64,000 nt of DNA from Deltaproteobacteria bacterium (GTDB lineage: Bacteria; Myxococcota_A; Polyangia; Haliangiales; Haliangiaceae), in the NCBI GenBank assembly GCA_040004535.1, contig JBDUAS010000004.1, forward strand, positions 9,508 through 73,507, in the 5' to 3' direction. The translations under genes and the position numbers were made by a program. Shown here one piece after another: positions 10,885 to 21,013 of the stretch (positions are counted from its first letter, which is position 1; the number at the start of each line of letters is the position of its first letter). The notes below the pieces were generated by a model. That model was not told the origin of the DNA, did not search any database, and worked only from the letters and a program-made list of their open reading frames with translations.

Positions 10885-11778
10885 GTGGTGCGGCTTGCCC
10901 TCATGATCCTGATCTTCGTCGCGACGCGCGCGGCGAGCGCAGCGCCGTGCGGAGGATTGCACGGCGAAGCCAAGTTGGTGAGTGCAGTGGGCGATTTGCT
11001 CGCGCAACGCGGTGTGGTCTGTGCGGATATCCACGGTGCAGTTCGACATGACGGCGGCTCGATCGTCGTCACGCGTGACGATGCGATGCCCGTCGAGCGC
11101 CGGGTCGCTGATCTCTCGACCGCCGCGACGGTGATCGAATCGTGGAGCGATCGAAATGCTTCGGACCCGCTCCTCGCGAGTCACCCGATTCCGAAGATCG
11201 TCGTCGCGGAAGCACCCGGCGCGCCGGCACCGCGCGTGGTGATCGTGGAACGCCAAGCCCCGCCGTCGACGTTTCACGGCTCGCAATTGTTCGCCGCCGG
11301 TGAGACCTCGTACGCGAACGATCGCACGGCATGGGCTGGTGCTCAGATCGGGGGGTGCGTGGTGATTGGCCCCGTGTGCGCGGCGGCGAGCGTGCGGTTC
11401 GCGAGCGTGGTGGATGGCCCCGCGTTCTGGACCGGTCTCGATCGCCGCAGCATCGAGGTGCTGGTGGGCGGCGACGTCCCGATCAACGTCGGTCCCGGCT
11501 TGTTGATGCTCGGGTTCGGGGGCGGGACCGGTCAGGTCCACACGCGGATCGACAGCAAGGACGCGCACCGCATGGCGAGTGAGACCGCGGGTCTCCGCGC
11601 CGAGGCCCGCGCCGTCTATGCGTACCCACTCACGCGTTCGATCGCACTCGACGTGACGCTCTCGATCGATCTCTCGCAAGCGACGCGCAGTGAATCGACG
11701 ACGACCATGCCGCTGCCCGACGAGCCGCTGGTCCTCGGCCGGCTTGGCGTCGGCCTACGCTGGGGGCACCTCCAGTGA
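10885..11778 (+). CDS. Secreted protein with beta-barrel-like C-terminal half (about 297 aa)
   Basis: GTG start followed by signal-like VVRLALMILIFVATRAASA. C-terminus is LGVGLRWGHLQ. The start is uncertain (10885, 10888 or ATG 10903). Confidence 0.5.
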   Translation: MVRLALMILIFVATRAASAAPCGGLHGEAKLVSAVGDLLAQRGVVCADIHGAVRHDGGSIVVTRDDAMPVERRVADLSTAATVIESWSDRNASDPLLASHPIPKIVVAEAPGAPAPRVVIVERQAPPSTFHGSQLFAAGETSYANDRTAWAGAQIGGCVVIGPVCAAASVRFASVVDGPAFWTGLDRRSIEVLVGGDVPINVGPGLLMLGFGGGTGQVHTRIDSKDAHRMASETAGLRAEARAVYAYPLTRSIALDVTLSIDLSQATRSESTTTMPLPDEPLVLGRLGVGLRWGHLQ

Positions 11779-11822
11779 CGAAATTGGTTCCACTGCGCCG
11801 GATCACCGGCTCTCTTCCAGAG

Positions 11823-12365
11823 ATGTCCGACGAGGCGCTGCTCGCGGCGTGCGCGACCGGCGACAGCGCCGCGCTCGGCGCGTTATTCGATCGCTTCAAC
11901 CTCGCGGTGTATCGGTTCCTCTCGCGGCTGCCGACCACGGACGAGGCCGCACGCGATGACCTCGTGCAGGCGACGTTCCTCGAGGTCCAGCGCTGCGCCG
12001 TGAATTTCCGCGGCGCGTCGGCGGTCAAGACGTGGATCCTCGGCGTGGCCGCGAACATCTCGCGCCGCCAGCTGCGCGGCGAGCGCCGGCGCCGCGTCCA
12101 TCAGGCGATGTTCATCGTCGAGCAAGACGCCCGCGATGTCGTGCGTCCCGATGCCGCCGTCGACCAGCGCCGGTTGATCGCGAAGATCGCGGGCGCACTC
12201 GCGCAGCTGCCGCACGATCAACAAGTCGCATTTGCGATGTGCGACCTCGAGCAACTACCCGGCGTCGAGGTCGCGCGCGCGCTGCGGATCCCCGAGGGCA
12301 CGTTGTGGCGGCGGCTCCATCAGGCGCGCCGCGCCGTGCGCGCGATCATCGGAGGCGGCTCGTGA
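11823..12365 (+). CDS. ECF (sigma-70 family) RNA polymerase sigma factor (180 aa)
   Basis: Region 2 (AALGALFDRFNLAVYRFLSRL...DLVQATFLEV) and region 4 (QQVAFAMCDLEQLPGVEVARALRIPEGTLWRRLHQAR) are both recognisable. Confidence 0.85.
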   Translation: MSDEALLAACATGDSAALGALFDRFNLAVYRFLSRLPTTDEAARDDLVQATFLEVQRCAVNFRGASAVKTWILGVAANISRRQLRGERRRRVHQAMFIVEQDARDVVRPDAAVDQRRLIAKIAGALAQLPHDQQVAFAMCDLEQLPGVEVARALRIPEGTLWRRLHQARRAVRAIIGGGS

Positions 12366-13393
12366 CCCGCCCGATGAGCGACGCCGAGCTCGATGCCGCG
12401 CTCGCAGCGATGCGCGACGCACCGATCGACGTGCCGAGCGCGGCGCATCGCGAGGAAGTGCGTACCGCGTTGCTCGCGCGCGCGCAGCCGCCCGCTCACG
12501 CCCACAACCGGCGCTGGCTCGCGGTGCCACTCGCGGCCGCAGCCGTGCTGCTCGGCGTCGTCGCGTGGCCCCCGACACCACTGCACGAGGTCGCGTTGCC
12601 GGTGTTGCCGCCGCTGCCTGCGCGCGGTCACGTCCATCCATTGCCGGATGCGGTGTTCAGCGCCGGCTCACACGTACCCGACGAGGTCGTGACGTTGCAC
12701 GACGGCACGATTCACGTCGACGTCGATCCGCTCCGCAGCGGTGAGCGGTTCCGCGTGCTGATCGGGAAGAGCGAGATCGAAGTTCGGGGCACCGCATTCG
12801 ACGTCACCGCGGATCACGATCGGCTCGTCGACGTCCACGTGCTTCACGGCCGCGTCGAGGTTCGGCCGTCAGGTCGCGCGACCGTGATGCTCGTCGCCGG
12901 TGGCGACTGGACCGATACACCGCTCGCCGCGACCGAACCAGCAGCACCGGCGCAGCCTACGCCGCACGCGCATGTCCACACGGTGTCGCTCGTACCCGCT
13001 GCGAGTCGACCGACCGCGGATCAACTCGCGTACAACGACGCGTGGAGCGCGCTGCGCGGCGCGCAATTCGACGTGGCGGCCGCGGCGTTCGCGAAGGCGT
13101 TGCTCGCCGCACCCGAGGGTGCGCTTGCCGACGATGCACGGTTCTGGCACGCGGTCGCGCTCGCCCGCGGCCATGCCACCGCATCCGCGATGGCCGCGTT
13201 CCGCGAGCTGGTCGACGAACACCCGGGCTCGACCCACGCCGGTGAGGCCTCCGCGATGCTCGGCTGGCTGCTCGTGGACGCGAAGCGCCTCGGCGAGGCG
13301 CGCGAACGGTTCTCCGCCGCGACGAACGATCCGAGCCCGAGGGTGCGCGCGAGCGCCCAGGCCGGAATCGATGCGCTGGACAGCCATCGCTAA
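12362..13393 (+). CDS. FecR-domain anti-sigma factor with TPR-like C-terminus (about 343 aa)
   Basis: GTGA overlap with the sigma gene. One TM segment (WLAVPLAAAAVLLGVVAW), a FecR-like segment (IEVRGTAFDVTADHDRLVDVHVLHGRVEV), and a helical repeat tail. Confidence 0.75.
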   Translation: MTRPMSDAELDAALAAMRDAPIDVPSAAHREEVRTALLARAQPPAHAHNRRWLAVPLAAAAVLLGVVAWPPTPLHEVALPVLPPLPARGHVHPLPDAVFSAGSHVPDEVVTLHDGTIHVDVDPLRSGERFRVLIGKSEIEVRGTAFDVTADHDRLVDVHVLHGRVEVRPSGRATVMLVAGGDWTDTPLAATEPAAPAQPTPHAHVHTVSLVPAASRPTADQLAYNDAWSALRGAQFDVAAAAFAKALLAAPEGALADDARFWHAVALARGHATASAMAAFRELVDEHPGSTHAGEASAMLGWLLVDAKRLGEARERFSAATNDPSPRVRASAQAGIDALDSHR

Positions 13394-13397
13394 GCTC

Positions 13398-13420
13398 CCG
13401 CCGTAACCGGCGGTGATTTT
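13398..13420 (+). terminator. Putative intrinsic terminator after the anti-sigma gene
   Basis: Perfect 6-bp stem CCGCCG / CGGCGG with a TAAC loop, followed by TGATTTT. Confidence 0.4.
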
Positions 13421-13440
13421 CGCGTGGTAGATACAGCTGC

Positions 13441-16242
13441 GTGTCCGCGCGGTTCTTGATCGGTATCGACCTCGGCACCACCAACTCGGCGGTGGCGTAC
13501 GTCGATACGCGCGCCGCCGATCCACGCGTCCGCGTCTTTGAAGTTCCGCAGCTCGTCGCGCCGGGCGACGTCGCGCCGCGCCGCCAGTTGCCCTCGTTCG
13601 TGTATCTCGCCAGCGAGATCGATCTCGCGCCGCACGAGACCGCGCTGCCGTGGAAGCCGGCGGACCCGAACGCTGCGTTGCGCGTCGTCGTCGGCGAGCT
13701 CGCGCGTAACCAAGGCGCGCGGATGGCGTCGCGGATGATCTCTTCGGCGAAGTCGTGGCTGTGCCACCCGGGCGTCGATCGCAACGCGGCGATCCTGCCG
13801 TGGGGCGACGGCGATGGTCCCAAGCTGTCGCCGGTCACCGCGCAGGCGCAGGTGCTTCGCCACATCCGCGAGGCGTGGGACTTCGAGCATCCCGATGCCG
13901 ACTTCGCGGAGCAAGAAGTGCTCGTCACCGTGCCCGCATCGTTCGACGAGGCCGCGCGCGAGCTCACGCTGCAAGCCGCGACCGCGGCCGGCTTTCCACC
14001 GGTCGTCCTGCTCGAAGAACCGCAGGCCGCCTTCTACGCCTGGATCGATTCGGTCCACCACAAGCTCGCGCCGAACGAGCGCGTTCTCGTGTTCGATGTC
14101 GGCGGCGGCACCACCGACTTCACGTTGATCGAGGTCGATAGCAACGGCGATGGCTTCACGCGCACCGCGGTCGGCGATCACCTGCTGCTCGGCGGCGACA
14201 ACCTCGATCTCACGCTCGCGAAGATCGTCGAGCAACGGGTCGTCGCGAAGTCGGGCAAGAAGCTCGATGCGCTGCAGTGGCACGGCCTCGTTCATGCCTG
14301 CCGGCTCGCGAAGGAAGTATTGCTCGGCGACGCCGCGCCCGAGAAAGCGCCGATCGTGGTGCAAGCGCGCGGCTCGAAGCTGATCGCGGGCACGCTCCGC
14401 GACGAGGTCACGCGCGCCGAGCTCGACCAGGTGCTGTTCGACGGATTCTTTCCACTCGTCGCCAAGGACGTCGCGCTCGCACGCGGCCGCGGCGGCCTTC
14501 AAGAATTTGGCTTGCCGTACGCCGCCGATCCGCGGGTAACCGCACACCTCGCGACGTTCCTCGTCCGCCACGGCGCCGAGCGCATCCATCACGTGCTGTT
14601 CAACGGCGGTGCGATGACGCCGACGTCGTTGCGCGCGCGCGTGCTCGACCAGCTCGCGCAGTGGCAAGGCGCGCGGCCGCAGGAGCTGCCCGCCGCGATG
14701 CCCGAGCTCGCGGTCGCGCAGGGTGCCGCCTACTACGGCCTGGTCCGTCGCGGCCTCGCGACCCGGATCAAGGGCGGCACCGCACGCGCGTTCTACATCG
14801 GTGTCGAGGCTGCGGGCCGGCCGCGCCGCGAGACGAACAACGTCGGCGATCTCACCGGTGAGCGCATGGCGGTATGTCTGGCGCCGCCGGGCCTCGAGGA
14901 TGGCGCACGCGTCCAGCTCGCGCGCGACTTCAAGCTCGTGACGAATCGCCCGGTCAGCTTCCGGCTGTATTCGTCGACGACGCGCGATGATCAACCGGGT
15001 GCGATCGTGCCGGTCGGCGACGGCAAGGCCGAGACGCTCGACGACGGCAGCGACCTGCTCGAGCTGCCTCCGATCGTCACGGTGCTACGCGCACGCGGCC
15101 GCGGCGAGGTCACGGTGCGGCTCGAGGTCCACATCACCGAGCTCGGCGGGCTCGACATCCGCTGCATCGATCACAGCCTCGGGCGCGAGTCCGAAGAGGC
15201 GTGGAAGCTCGGCTTCGACATGCGCTCCGGCGGTGCAGCCCCGGCGGCCCAGACGAGCGAAGCCCACCCGAAGACCGAGCAGGCGAAGGCCGCGATCACG
15301 GCGGCGTTCCGGACGGGCGCTGGGTTACCGACGTTGATGCGTGATCTCGAGACGCTGCTCGAGACCCGCCGCGACGAGTGGTCGATGCAGACCACGCGCG
15401 CGCTGTTCGATGCGCTCGCGGATGTCGCCGCCGAGCGCAAGAAGACCGCCGATCACGAGACGCGCTGGCTCACCCTCGCCGGGTTCTTGCTCCGGCCCGG
15501 CACCGGTGCGCCGCTCGATGCGTGGCGCGCGCGCGTGATGTGGGGCGTGTTCAACGAGAATCTCGTGTTTCCGAAGCACGAGCCGAGCCGGCTCGCATGG
15601 TGGATTTCGTGGCGCCGGATCGCCGGTGGCCTCGCGAACGGCCAGCAAGAACAGATCTACGACCGGATCGCGCAGCTGATCCTGCCGAGCCAGAGGCAGG
15701 CGAAGAAGCTCGCCGAAGCGAAGCCGAGCAAGCAGGAGCTCGCCGAGATGTGGCGCGCGGCCGCGAGCCTCGAGCGCTTGCAGATCGGCTTCAAGATCAA
15801 GCTCGGCGACGAGCTGATGGCGCGGATGGAGACCCGCAAGGGTCGCGAGGATGCGATCCACCTGTGGGCATTGTCGCGGCTCGGCGCACGCGTGCCGCTC
15901 TACGGCCCGCTCAATGCGGTCCTGCCGGCCTCCGCGGTCAAGGCGTGGCTCACCAAGATCATCGCGTGGGAATGGCCGGAGCCCGACAAGGCCGCGTTCC
16001 CGCTCGCCCAGCTGGCGCGCCGCACCGGCGATCGCGCGCGTGACCTCGACGAAGCCACGCGCACGCAGCTCGCAGCCCAGCTCCGGTTGATGCCCGGTGG
16101 CGAGCGTGCGGCGGTGCTCGTCGAGCAGATCGTCGAGCTCGAGGCGCGCGAGGAACGGGTGGCGCTGGGCGACACGCTGCCCGCCGGCTTGCGAATGGTG
16201 CCCGACGAGGACTCAGGGAGTGTCGTCGCGGAGGATCAGTAG
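13441..16242 (+). CDS. Large non-canonical Hsp70-family protein with about 320-aa helical C-terminal extension (933 aa)
   Basis: Clear paralogue of 627-2402: GIDLGTTNSAVA, SAKSWLCHPGVDR, VLVTVPASFDEAARELT, LLEEPQAAFYAW, DVGGGTTDFTLIEV, AVGDHLLLGGDNLDL. GTG start. Confidence 0.85.
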   Translation: MSARFLIGIDLGTTNSAVAYVDTRAADPRVRVFEVPQLVAPGDVAPRRQLPSFVYLASEIDLAPHETALPWKPADPNAALRVVVGELARNQGARMASRMISSAKSWLCHPGVDRNAAILPWGDGDGPKLSPVTAQAQVLRHIREAWDFEHPDADFAEQEVLVTVPASFDEAARELTLQAATAAGFPPVVLLEEPQAAFYAWIDSVHHKLAPNERVLVFDVGGGTTDFTLIEVDSNGDGFTRTAVGDHLLLGGDNLDLTLAKIVEQRVVAKSGKKLDALQWHGLVHACRLAKEVLLGDAAPEKAPIVVQARGSKLIAGTLRDEVTRAELDQVLFDGFFPLVAKDVALARGRGGLQEFGLPYAADPRVTAHLATFLVRHGAERIHHVLFNGGAMTPTSLRARVLDQLAQWQGARPQELPAAMPELAVAQGAAYYGLVRRGLATRIKGGTARAFYIGVEAAGRPRRETNNVGDLTGERMAVCLAPPGLEDGARVQLARDFKLVTNRPVSFRLYSSTTRDDQPGAIVPVGDGKAETLDDGSDLLELPPIVTVLRARGRGEVTVRLEVHITELGGLDIRCIDHSLGRESEEAWKLGFDMRSGGAAPAAQTSEAHPKTEQAKAAITAAFRTGAGLPTLMRDLETLLETRRDEWSMQTTRALFDALADVAAERKKTADHETRWLTLAGFLLRPGTGAPLDAWRARVMWGVFNENLVFPKHEPSRLAWWISWRRIAGGLANGQQEQIYDRIAQLILPSQRQAKKLAEAKPSKQELAEMWRAAASLERLQIGFKIKLGDELMARMETRKGREDAIHLWALSRLGARVPLYGPLNAVLPASAVKAWLTKIIAWEWPEPDKAAFPLAQLARRTGDRARDLDEATRTQLAAQLRLMPGGERAAVLVEQIVELEAREERVALGDTLPAGLRMVPDEDSGSVVAEDQ

Positions 16243-17715
16243 TCCGCGCGGACTATCGGCGACGAACACCAGGTGTCGCGTCAAGTCGACGTCGAGCCCG
16301 ACCGCCGCTTCGAAGAAGTCACTCGACGTGTAGTCGGCCTGCGGATCCCAGGTGTTGTAGTAGCCGACCTGCTTCGGCTGCGTCGGATCGGAGAGGTCGA
16401 GCACGCGCACGCCGTCCTGGTAGTACGTGAAGTACGCCTTCGTACCGAACGCCATCAGGTTGTGGATCGACACCCACTCGCGCGTCTGCCACGTCGCGAA
16501 CGACTTCATGAATCCGGGCGCCGCCGGATCGACGTCGACGAGATCGAGCTTCGCGCCGTAGTTCTCCTCGCCGTGGAGCGCGATGTGGCGGCCGTCGATC
16601 GTCGTCGTCCAGTTCGAGTGGCTCGTGCGCGTCGGCGTTTTCGGCCACGCACCGCGCTGCTGCGGCGCCGCCGGGTTCGAGTAATCGACGACGACGAACC
16701 CCTGATCCCACGCGTTGAGATACGCGATGCCGTTCTCGATCGATAGATCGTGGACGAGCATGCCGTTGACCGCGAACTGACCGAGCTTGGTCGGATGCTC
16801 GGGATCTGTGATGTCGTAGATCGGGCACGTACCGTCGTACGTGCCGAAATACGCGTAGACCTTGGCCCCGCGCGCTTCGATCGCATCGGTGTGCGCATCT
16901 TCCGGAATCGTCGCGACGAGTGTCGGGTTCGCCGGGTTCGAGACGTCGACGACATCGACGCCGTGATCCGCGATCAGCGCGTAGCGTTTGTTGTTCGCTT
17001 CGACGAGCTTGACGTCGTTCGAATAGCCGAGGTGCGCGCGCCGATACCATCCGATCTGCGTAGGGTTCGTCGGATCGGTCGTGTCGATCATGTGCAATCC
17101 GTCCTGACGGATCAGGTACGCCGTCGTGCCGGCAACCCGCACGTTGAACGTGTACCCCGGACCCCAGTTCGGTCCCGCGAGCTGGCCGATCAGCGTGAAG
17201 CCGTCGCCCTCGCCTTCGACGACGCCCCCGACCGAGTTGTGGGTCGCGCGCACGACCTTCGCCGTGCACACCTCGCACGAGCCGCCGTAGCACTGCGCGC
17301 GATCCATCCGGAGCGTGCCATCGGGCGCGAGGTTCGAGATCCGATGCGCCTCGAGGTACGGCTTACCGTTGTAGGTCTGCTCGTTGCGCTCGAACAGCGA
17401 GTCCGCGGTCAGCGTGCCGATCTTTACGGCGCTGCGATCGAACATGACCGAGCCGTCGGCGTTGTTCTGAAGCATCACGCTCGACACGTCACCGAGCGAT
17501 GCACCGGTCAGAAACCAGCGGCCGGTCGGATCCCAGGTCGCGAGCGTACCGGCCACGAGCGGACCGAACGCGGTCGCGTCGTCGTACGTCTGGGTCTGCG
17601 CGCTCGTCTTGCAGCCCGCGACGACGTCGGGGATCGCGGTCGCGTCGGGCTGCGCGGGCGCCTGCGCCTGATCTCCACAGGCGGCCACCAACGCGACGAC
17701 CCAGACGGCCTTCAT
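16213..17715 (-). CDS. LVIVD-repeat beta-propeller lipoprotein (500 aa)
   Basis: Lipobox VALVAAC. Repeated xxVDxSNP/TDPxxP units are present (HMIDTTDPTNP, VDVVDVSNPANP, IYDITDPEHP, VVVDYSNPAAP, VRVLDLSDPTQP). Confidence 0.75.
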   Translation of the reverse strand: MKAVWVVALVAACGDQAQAPAQPDATAIPDVVAGCKTSAQTQTYDDATAFGPLVAGTLATWDPTGRWFLTGASLGDVSSVMLQNNADGSVMFDRSAVKIGTLTADSLFERNEQTYNGKPYLEAHRISNLAPDGTLRMDRAQCYGGSCEVCTAKVVRATHNSVGGVVEGEGDGFTLIGQLAGPNWGPGYTFNVRVAGTTAYLIRQDGLHMIDTTDPTNPTQIGWYRRAHLGYSNDVKLVEANNKRYALIADHGVDVVDVSNPANPTLVATIPEDAHTDAIEARGAKVYAYFGTYDGTCPIYDITDPEHPTKLGQFAVNGMLVHDLSIENGIAYLNAWDQGFVVVDYSNPAAPQQRGAWPKTPTRTSHSNWTTTIDGRHIALHGEENYGAKLDLVDVDPAAPGFMKSFATWQTREWVSIHNLMAFGTKAYFTYYQDGVRVLDLSDPTQPKQVGYYNTWDPQADYTSSDFFEAAVGLDVDLTRHLVFVADSPRGLLILRDDTP

Positions 17716-17791
17716 GGATCGAGCATCCGGTGCACCTGGGGATGCGGCAACGCCGGCAAGCTCACACGCGATGAGACGGCGAGACGCGTGG

Positions 17792-19840
17792 CTAGCGGGC
17801 GCGTACCACGACCGCGAGCAGGTCCTCGCTCGGGTCGCCGGCGCGCGACGCGAGCTCGACGAGCACCGTCGGCAATCGTCCGCTCACCGGTGCGCTATCG
17901 CGGAGCCGGTCGCGCCAGGCCGCGTCGTCAGAGCCGCGCACGGCGCTCGACACGACGACCAGCACCGAGTCGACCGGCAACTGCGACGTCCCGCGTGTCG
18001 CGGTCGTCAGGCTCGCACCCGGCGGTTGCTCGCCGCCGAGCGCCGTCGCTTTCGGGCGCACGCCACGGAGCGAGCCATCCGCGAGCGCGTGATCGACTGC
18101 CGCGATCGGCCCGACGATGAAACCACCCGCGTGACCCGCACACGCCCACTCGATCGTCATCGTCTTCGCGTCGAGGATCGCGAGGAACGCCGACACCGGC
18201 TCACCGCCGCGCATCACGCCTTCGCTACTCGCGCGCATCGTCGCGACGAGCTCGTCGAGTGTGATCGGAGTCGCGCCGGGTGTCGTCGCAGCCGCGAACG
18301 CACCGGTCAACGCGGCGGTTGCGAGCGCGGCTGCGACGCCATGCGCCTGCGCTTCGGTGACGAGCAATGCGAGGCGGCCGTCTTCGAGCTCGGTCGCCGA
18401 CCAACCCGCGCCTGTCGTGCGTGCGGCGGTTCGATACTCCGCGGCTACCGCCCAGCGACCGAGCTGCGCATCGCGACTCGATGACGCCTGCAGCCGCAAC
18501 GCATCCGCGACCTCGACCTCGCGCTCGGTCTCTCGCTCGCGCGCCGCCTCGTGGGCGAGCTCCACGAACGTGTAAGCCCGCGCCGCCGCCCGCGCCGACT
18601 CGACGACCAGCTCGCGCTCGGCATCGCGCAGCGCCTTCGGGTACTGCGCCTCGACGAGCGCGACGACCTCGTCGTGATCGACGAGCGGCACGATCATCCC
18701 GGCAGGATCATCCTTGAAGAGCGCCTCGAGCGGTGCGCGCATCGCCCCGAGCCGCATCGTCGCGAGCTCGACGACGGCGAACGGCTGCGGATGCTCGACG
18801 AGCCACGCCGCGAGCTCCGGCGTCATGGCGAGCGCATCGCCCCACCGCGTGACGCGCGTATCGATGCCAACGGTGCGCTTCCAGAGCGCCGCGAGCCGCT
18901 CCGCGATCCTCACGCCGTCGTCGGCTTTCGCCATGCGGACGATGAACTGATCGAGCGCGCGTTGTTCCTTGACCTGCTGCGGGCGCGTCCGCTCGATGCC
19001 CCACGCGAGCGCCGCGAGCCCCGCCCACGCGCTGCTGGTCGCAGCCGCGAGCGTGAGTGGAGAATCGACGAAGAACAGCGCGAGCACGATAGCCGCACCG
19101 ATCGCACCGACGAACGTCGCTAGCTCGATCGCCATGGCGCGATCCACGCCCTGCGGCCGCAGGATGTTCGTGCGCGCGATCATGTACAGCGCGACGAGCG
19201 ATGCGGCGAGCGCGGGCAGCCACGCGACCGGATACGAGCCCCATGGCGTGTGATCGGTGTAGAGCAACATCGTATCGATCGACGACACCGCACCGAGCAC
19301 GAGGATGCCGAGCAACAGGCGCACGGTCCGGCGTTGCTCGGCGCGCGGTGTCGAGCGCCGGACGATCAGGATGCCGATCACGAGCCACACGACGAGCTGT
19401 GTGAAGTGGATCGTCGTCAAAGGGCCAGGGCTCAGGTAGTACATGCCCGATGCGAGCATGTGGACGTGCGGCACGACCGTGTCCGTCCCCCACGCGATCG
19501 CGACGAACACCGCGCCGACGATTCCGGAGATCCGCGCGATCCAGCGGAACCGCTCGAGCTGACCGCCGACCGCGAGCAGCAGCAACAACAAGTTCGGCCC
19601 GACGAGGGCGACCGGCCCCTGGCCGAGCTTCAACAGGCGCCGCGCCGCGTCCGGATCGTAGGCCATTGCCGCGAGCCCCTGACACAGCGCCCAGGGCAGC
19701 GCGGTGACGACCGCGCCGATGATCCCGATCCGCATCACTCGATCGCCGCGCGTCAGTGCCGCTGCGACGCCGACCGCCGTGAACGCCGCGGCACACACGA
19801 GGTAAGGCACGCACAGCCAGCTCCAGCGAAGGCCGTCCAC
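17792..19840 (-). CDS. Polytopic membrane sensor with C-terminal PP2C/SpoIIE phosphatase domain (about 682 aa)
   Basis: About 8 TM segments in the N-terminal half. The C-terminal half resembles a SpoIIE domain (RWAVAAEYRTAARTTGAGWSATELEDGRLALLVTEAQAHG ... AFLAILD ... WACAGH). The start is uncertain (GTG 19840 up to 19918). Confidence 0.7.
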   Translation of the reverse strand: MDGLRWSWLCVPYLVCAAAFTAVGVAAALTRGDRVMRIGIIGAVVTALPWALCQGLAAMAYDPDAARRLLKLGQGPVALVGPNLLLLLLAVGGQLERFRWIARISGIVGAVFVAIAWGTDTVVPHVHMLASGMYYLSPGPLTTIHFTQLVVWLVIGILIVRRSTPRAEQRRTVRLLLGILVLGAVSSIDTMLLYTDHTPWGSYPVAWLPALAASLVALYMIARTNILRPQGVDRAMAIELATFVGAIGAAIVLALFFVDSPLTLAAATSSAWAGLAALAWGIERTRPQQVKEQRALDQFIVRMAKADDGVRIAERLAALWKRTVGIDTRVTRWGDALAMTPELAAWLVEHPQPFAVVELATMRLGAMRAPLEALFKDDPAGMIVPLVDHDEVVALVEAQYPKALRDAERELVVESARAAARAYTFVELAHEAARERETEREVEVADALRLQASSSRDAQLGRWAVAAEYRTAARTTGAGWSATELEDGRLALLVTEAQAHGVAAALATAALTGAFAAATTPGATPITLDELVATMRASSEGVMRGGEPVSAFLAILDAKTMTIEWACAGHAGGFIVGPIAAVDHALADGSLRGVRPKATALGGEQPPGASLTTATRGTSQLPVDSVLVVVSSAVRGSDDAAWRDRLRDSAPVSGRLPTVLVELASRAGDPSEDLLAVVVRAR

Positions 19841-19853
19841 TGCCTCCAGAGTA

Positions 19854-20441
19854 TCAGGGTGTGTCGAGCTGGACGGAGAGCGTGTAGCGATTGAAGTTGC
19901 AGGTGCCGTCGCAATCATCGCCCTTGCCGAGTGGCTTGACCGCGATCGCGTATGCGGTTCCCGGCGTCAGCGTCTGCGTGATGCAGCGCGAATCCTCGCC
20001 GCCCGGAGGTGTGTTCTTGCACGCGGTGTCGGTGGCGATCTGCGAGCCGCTGGCGTCGCCGAGCACGAGCGCGAGCGGCTCGAACGCGACCGGGTACGCG
20101 ACGTTGATCTTGACCTCGACGGCAATGCACGCCGACGGCACGGTGAACTGGTACCAATCCTGGCCGTCGTTCGCGGCAAGGCAACCTGCCTGCGAGAACG
20201 GCGCGGAGACGCACGACAGCTGCGAGATCGTGGTGCCGGTCGCCGGCGTGTTGTCGTCGTGCTCGAGGCTCGCGTCGCATGCGAATGCACTCGCGGTCGA
20301 GGCGATCACGCACGTGTTCGTCTTACCGTCGCAAGCCTGGTCGCCGGGGCAGGACGCGTTCGGGCCGCATTCGTACGAGCCGCTCGGGATATCGGGGCTG
20401 CATGCGGCGAGCGCCGCGAGCAGGAACGTCGATGCGCGCAT
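19854..20441 (-). CDS. Cys-rich lipoprotein with pre-peptidase C-terminal-like beta domain (195 aa)
   Basis: Lipobox LAALAAC. DWYQF motif followed by a beta-sandwich-like tail (NRYTLSVQL). The start shares 1 nt with the upstream stop (TGATG). Confidence 0.6.
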   Translation of the reverse strand: MRASTFLLAALAACSPDIPSGSYECGPNASCPGDQACDGKTNTCVIASTASAFACDASLEHDDNTPATGTTISQLSCVSAPFSQAGCLAANDGQDWYQFTVPSACIAVEVKINVAYPVAFEPLALVLGDASGSQIATDTACKNTPPGGEDSRCITQTLTPGTAYAIAVKPLGKGDDCDGTCNFNRYTLSVQLDTP

Positions 20442-21013
20442 CAGAAGCTCCACGCGCGCGCGACGAACGCTCCGCCCTGGGTTGGCGCGACCGAGTAATG
20501 GGGATGGATCACCGTCGCCTGTTCGGCGGGTGCGGTCACGATGAACAGGACCGCCGCGGTGAGCAGTGCCGCGCCGCCGAGGCCGTAGAACACGCCGGCC
20601 TTGACGCCCGAGCTGTGCGCGCGGTCGTAATCGGCCTGCTGCGCCACGGTCCACGGCTGCCCGGTCGGCATCTTCGGCGACACCGCGCTCGCCGCGTCTC
20701 GCGAGTCGAGGTTGTAGTACACGCCGACCGCGCCGAGCACGGCGCCGAGCCCGGCGATCCCGGCGAGCATCGCCACGTTCTTCGTGTCGCGGTCGTCGTA
20801 GACCTTGATCACGATGTCTTTGTGCATCGGCTGTGGGCGGTAGTCCGCCGCGTTGTCGGGATCATGTCCCGGCTGCGCAGATGGTGCAGGCGCAGGCGCC
20901 GGTGCAGGCGCCTCGGCGGGAGCAGGCGGTGCTGGCTCGGCGGGAGCAGGAGGTTCATCGGCAAACGCCTGCGCTGGAAGGAGAAGCGCGAGCGTGATCG
21001 AGGCCAAACGCAT
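20441..21013 (-). CDS. Secreted Pro/Ala-rich membrane-associated protein (190 aa)
   Basis: Signal peptide MRLASITLALLLPAQAFA, a PAPAEPAPPAPAEAPAPAPAPAP low-complexity stretch, two hydrophobic segments, and C-terminus ARAWSF. Confidence 0.5.
   Translation of the reverse strand: MRLASITLALLLPAQAFADEPPAPAEPAPPAPAEAPAPAPAPAPSAQPGHDPDNAADYRPQPMHKDIVIKVYDDRDTKNVAMLAGIAGLGAVLGAVGVYYNLDSRDAASAVSPKMPTGQPWTVAQQADYDRAHSSGVKAGVFYGLGGAALLTAAVLFIVTAPAEQATVIHPHYSVAPTQGGAFVARAWSF

Noticed and set aside
11785-11822. GGCTCTCT 8 nt upstream of the first ECF sigma gene, reminiscent of the -10 part of the redox-regulon motif
   Set aside because: The upstream partner is GGTTCC rather than GAACCCT, and the spacing differs by 2 nt. 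It lies inside or at the end of the upstream coding region. It is probably a coincidence.
17722-17737. GG-N10-GC sigma-54-like element (AGGTGCACCGGATGCT on the minus strand) upstream of the LVIVD lipoprotein gene
   Set aside because: The match outside GG/GC is poor. The predicted transcription start would also fall downstream of the ATG at 17715.
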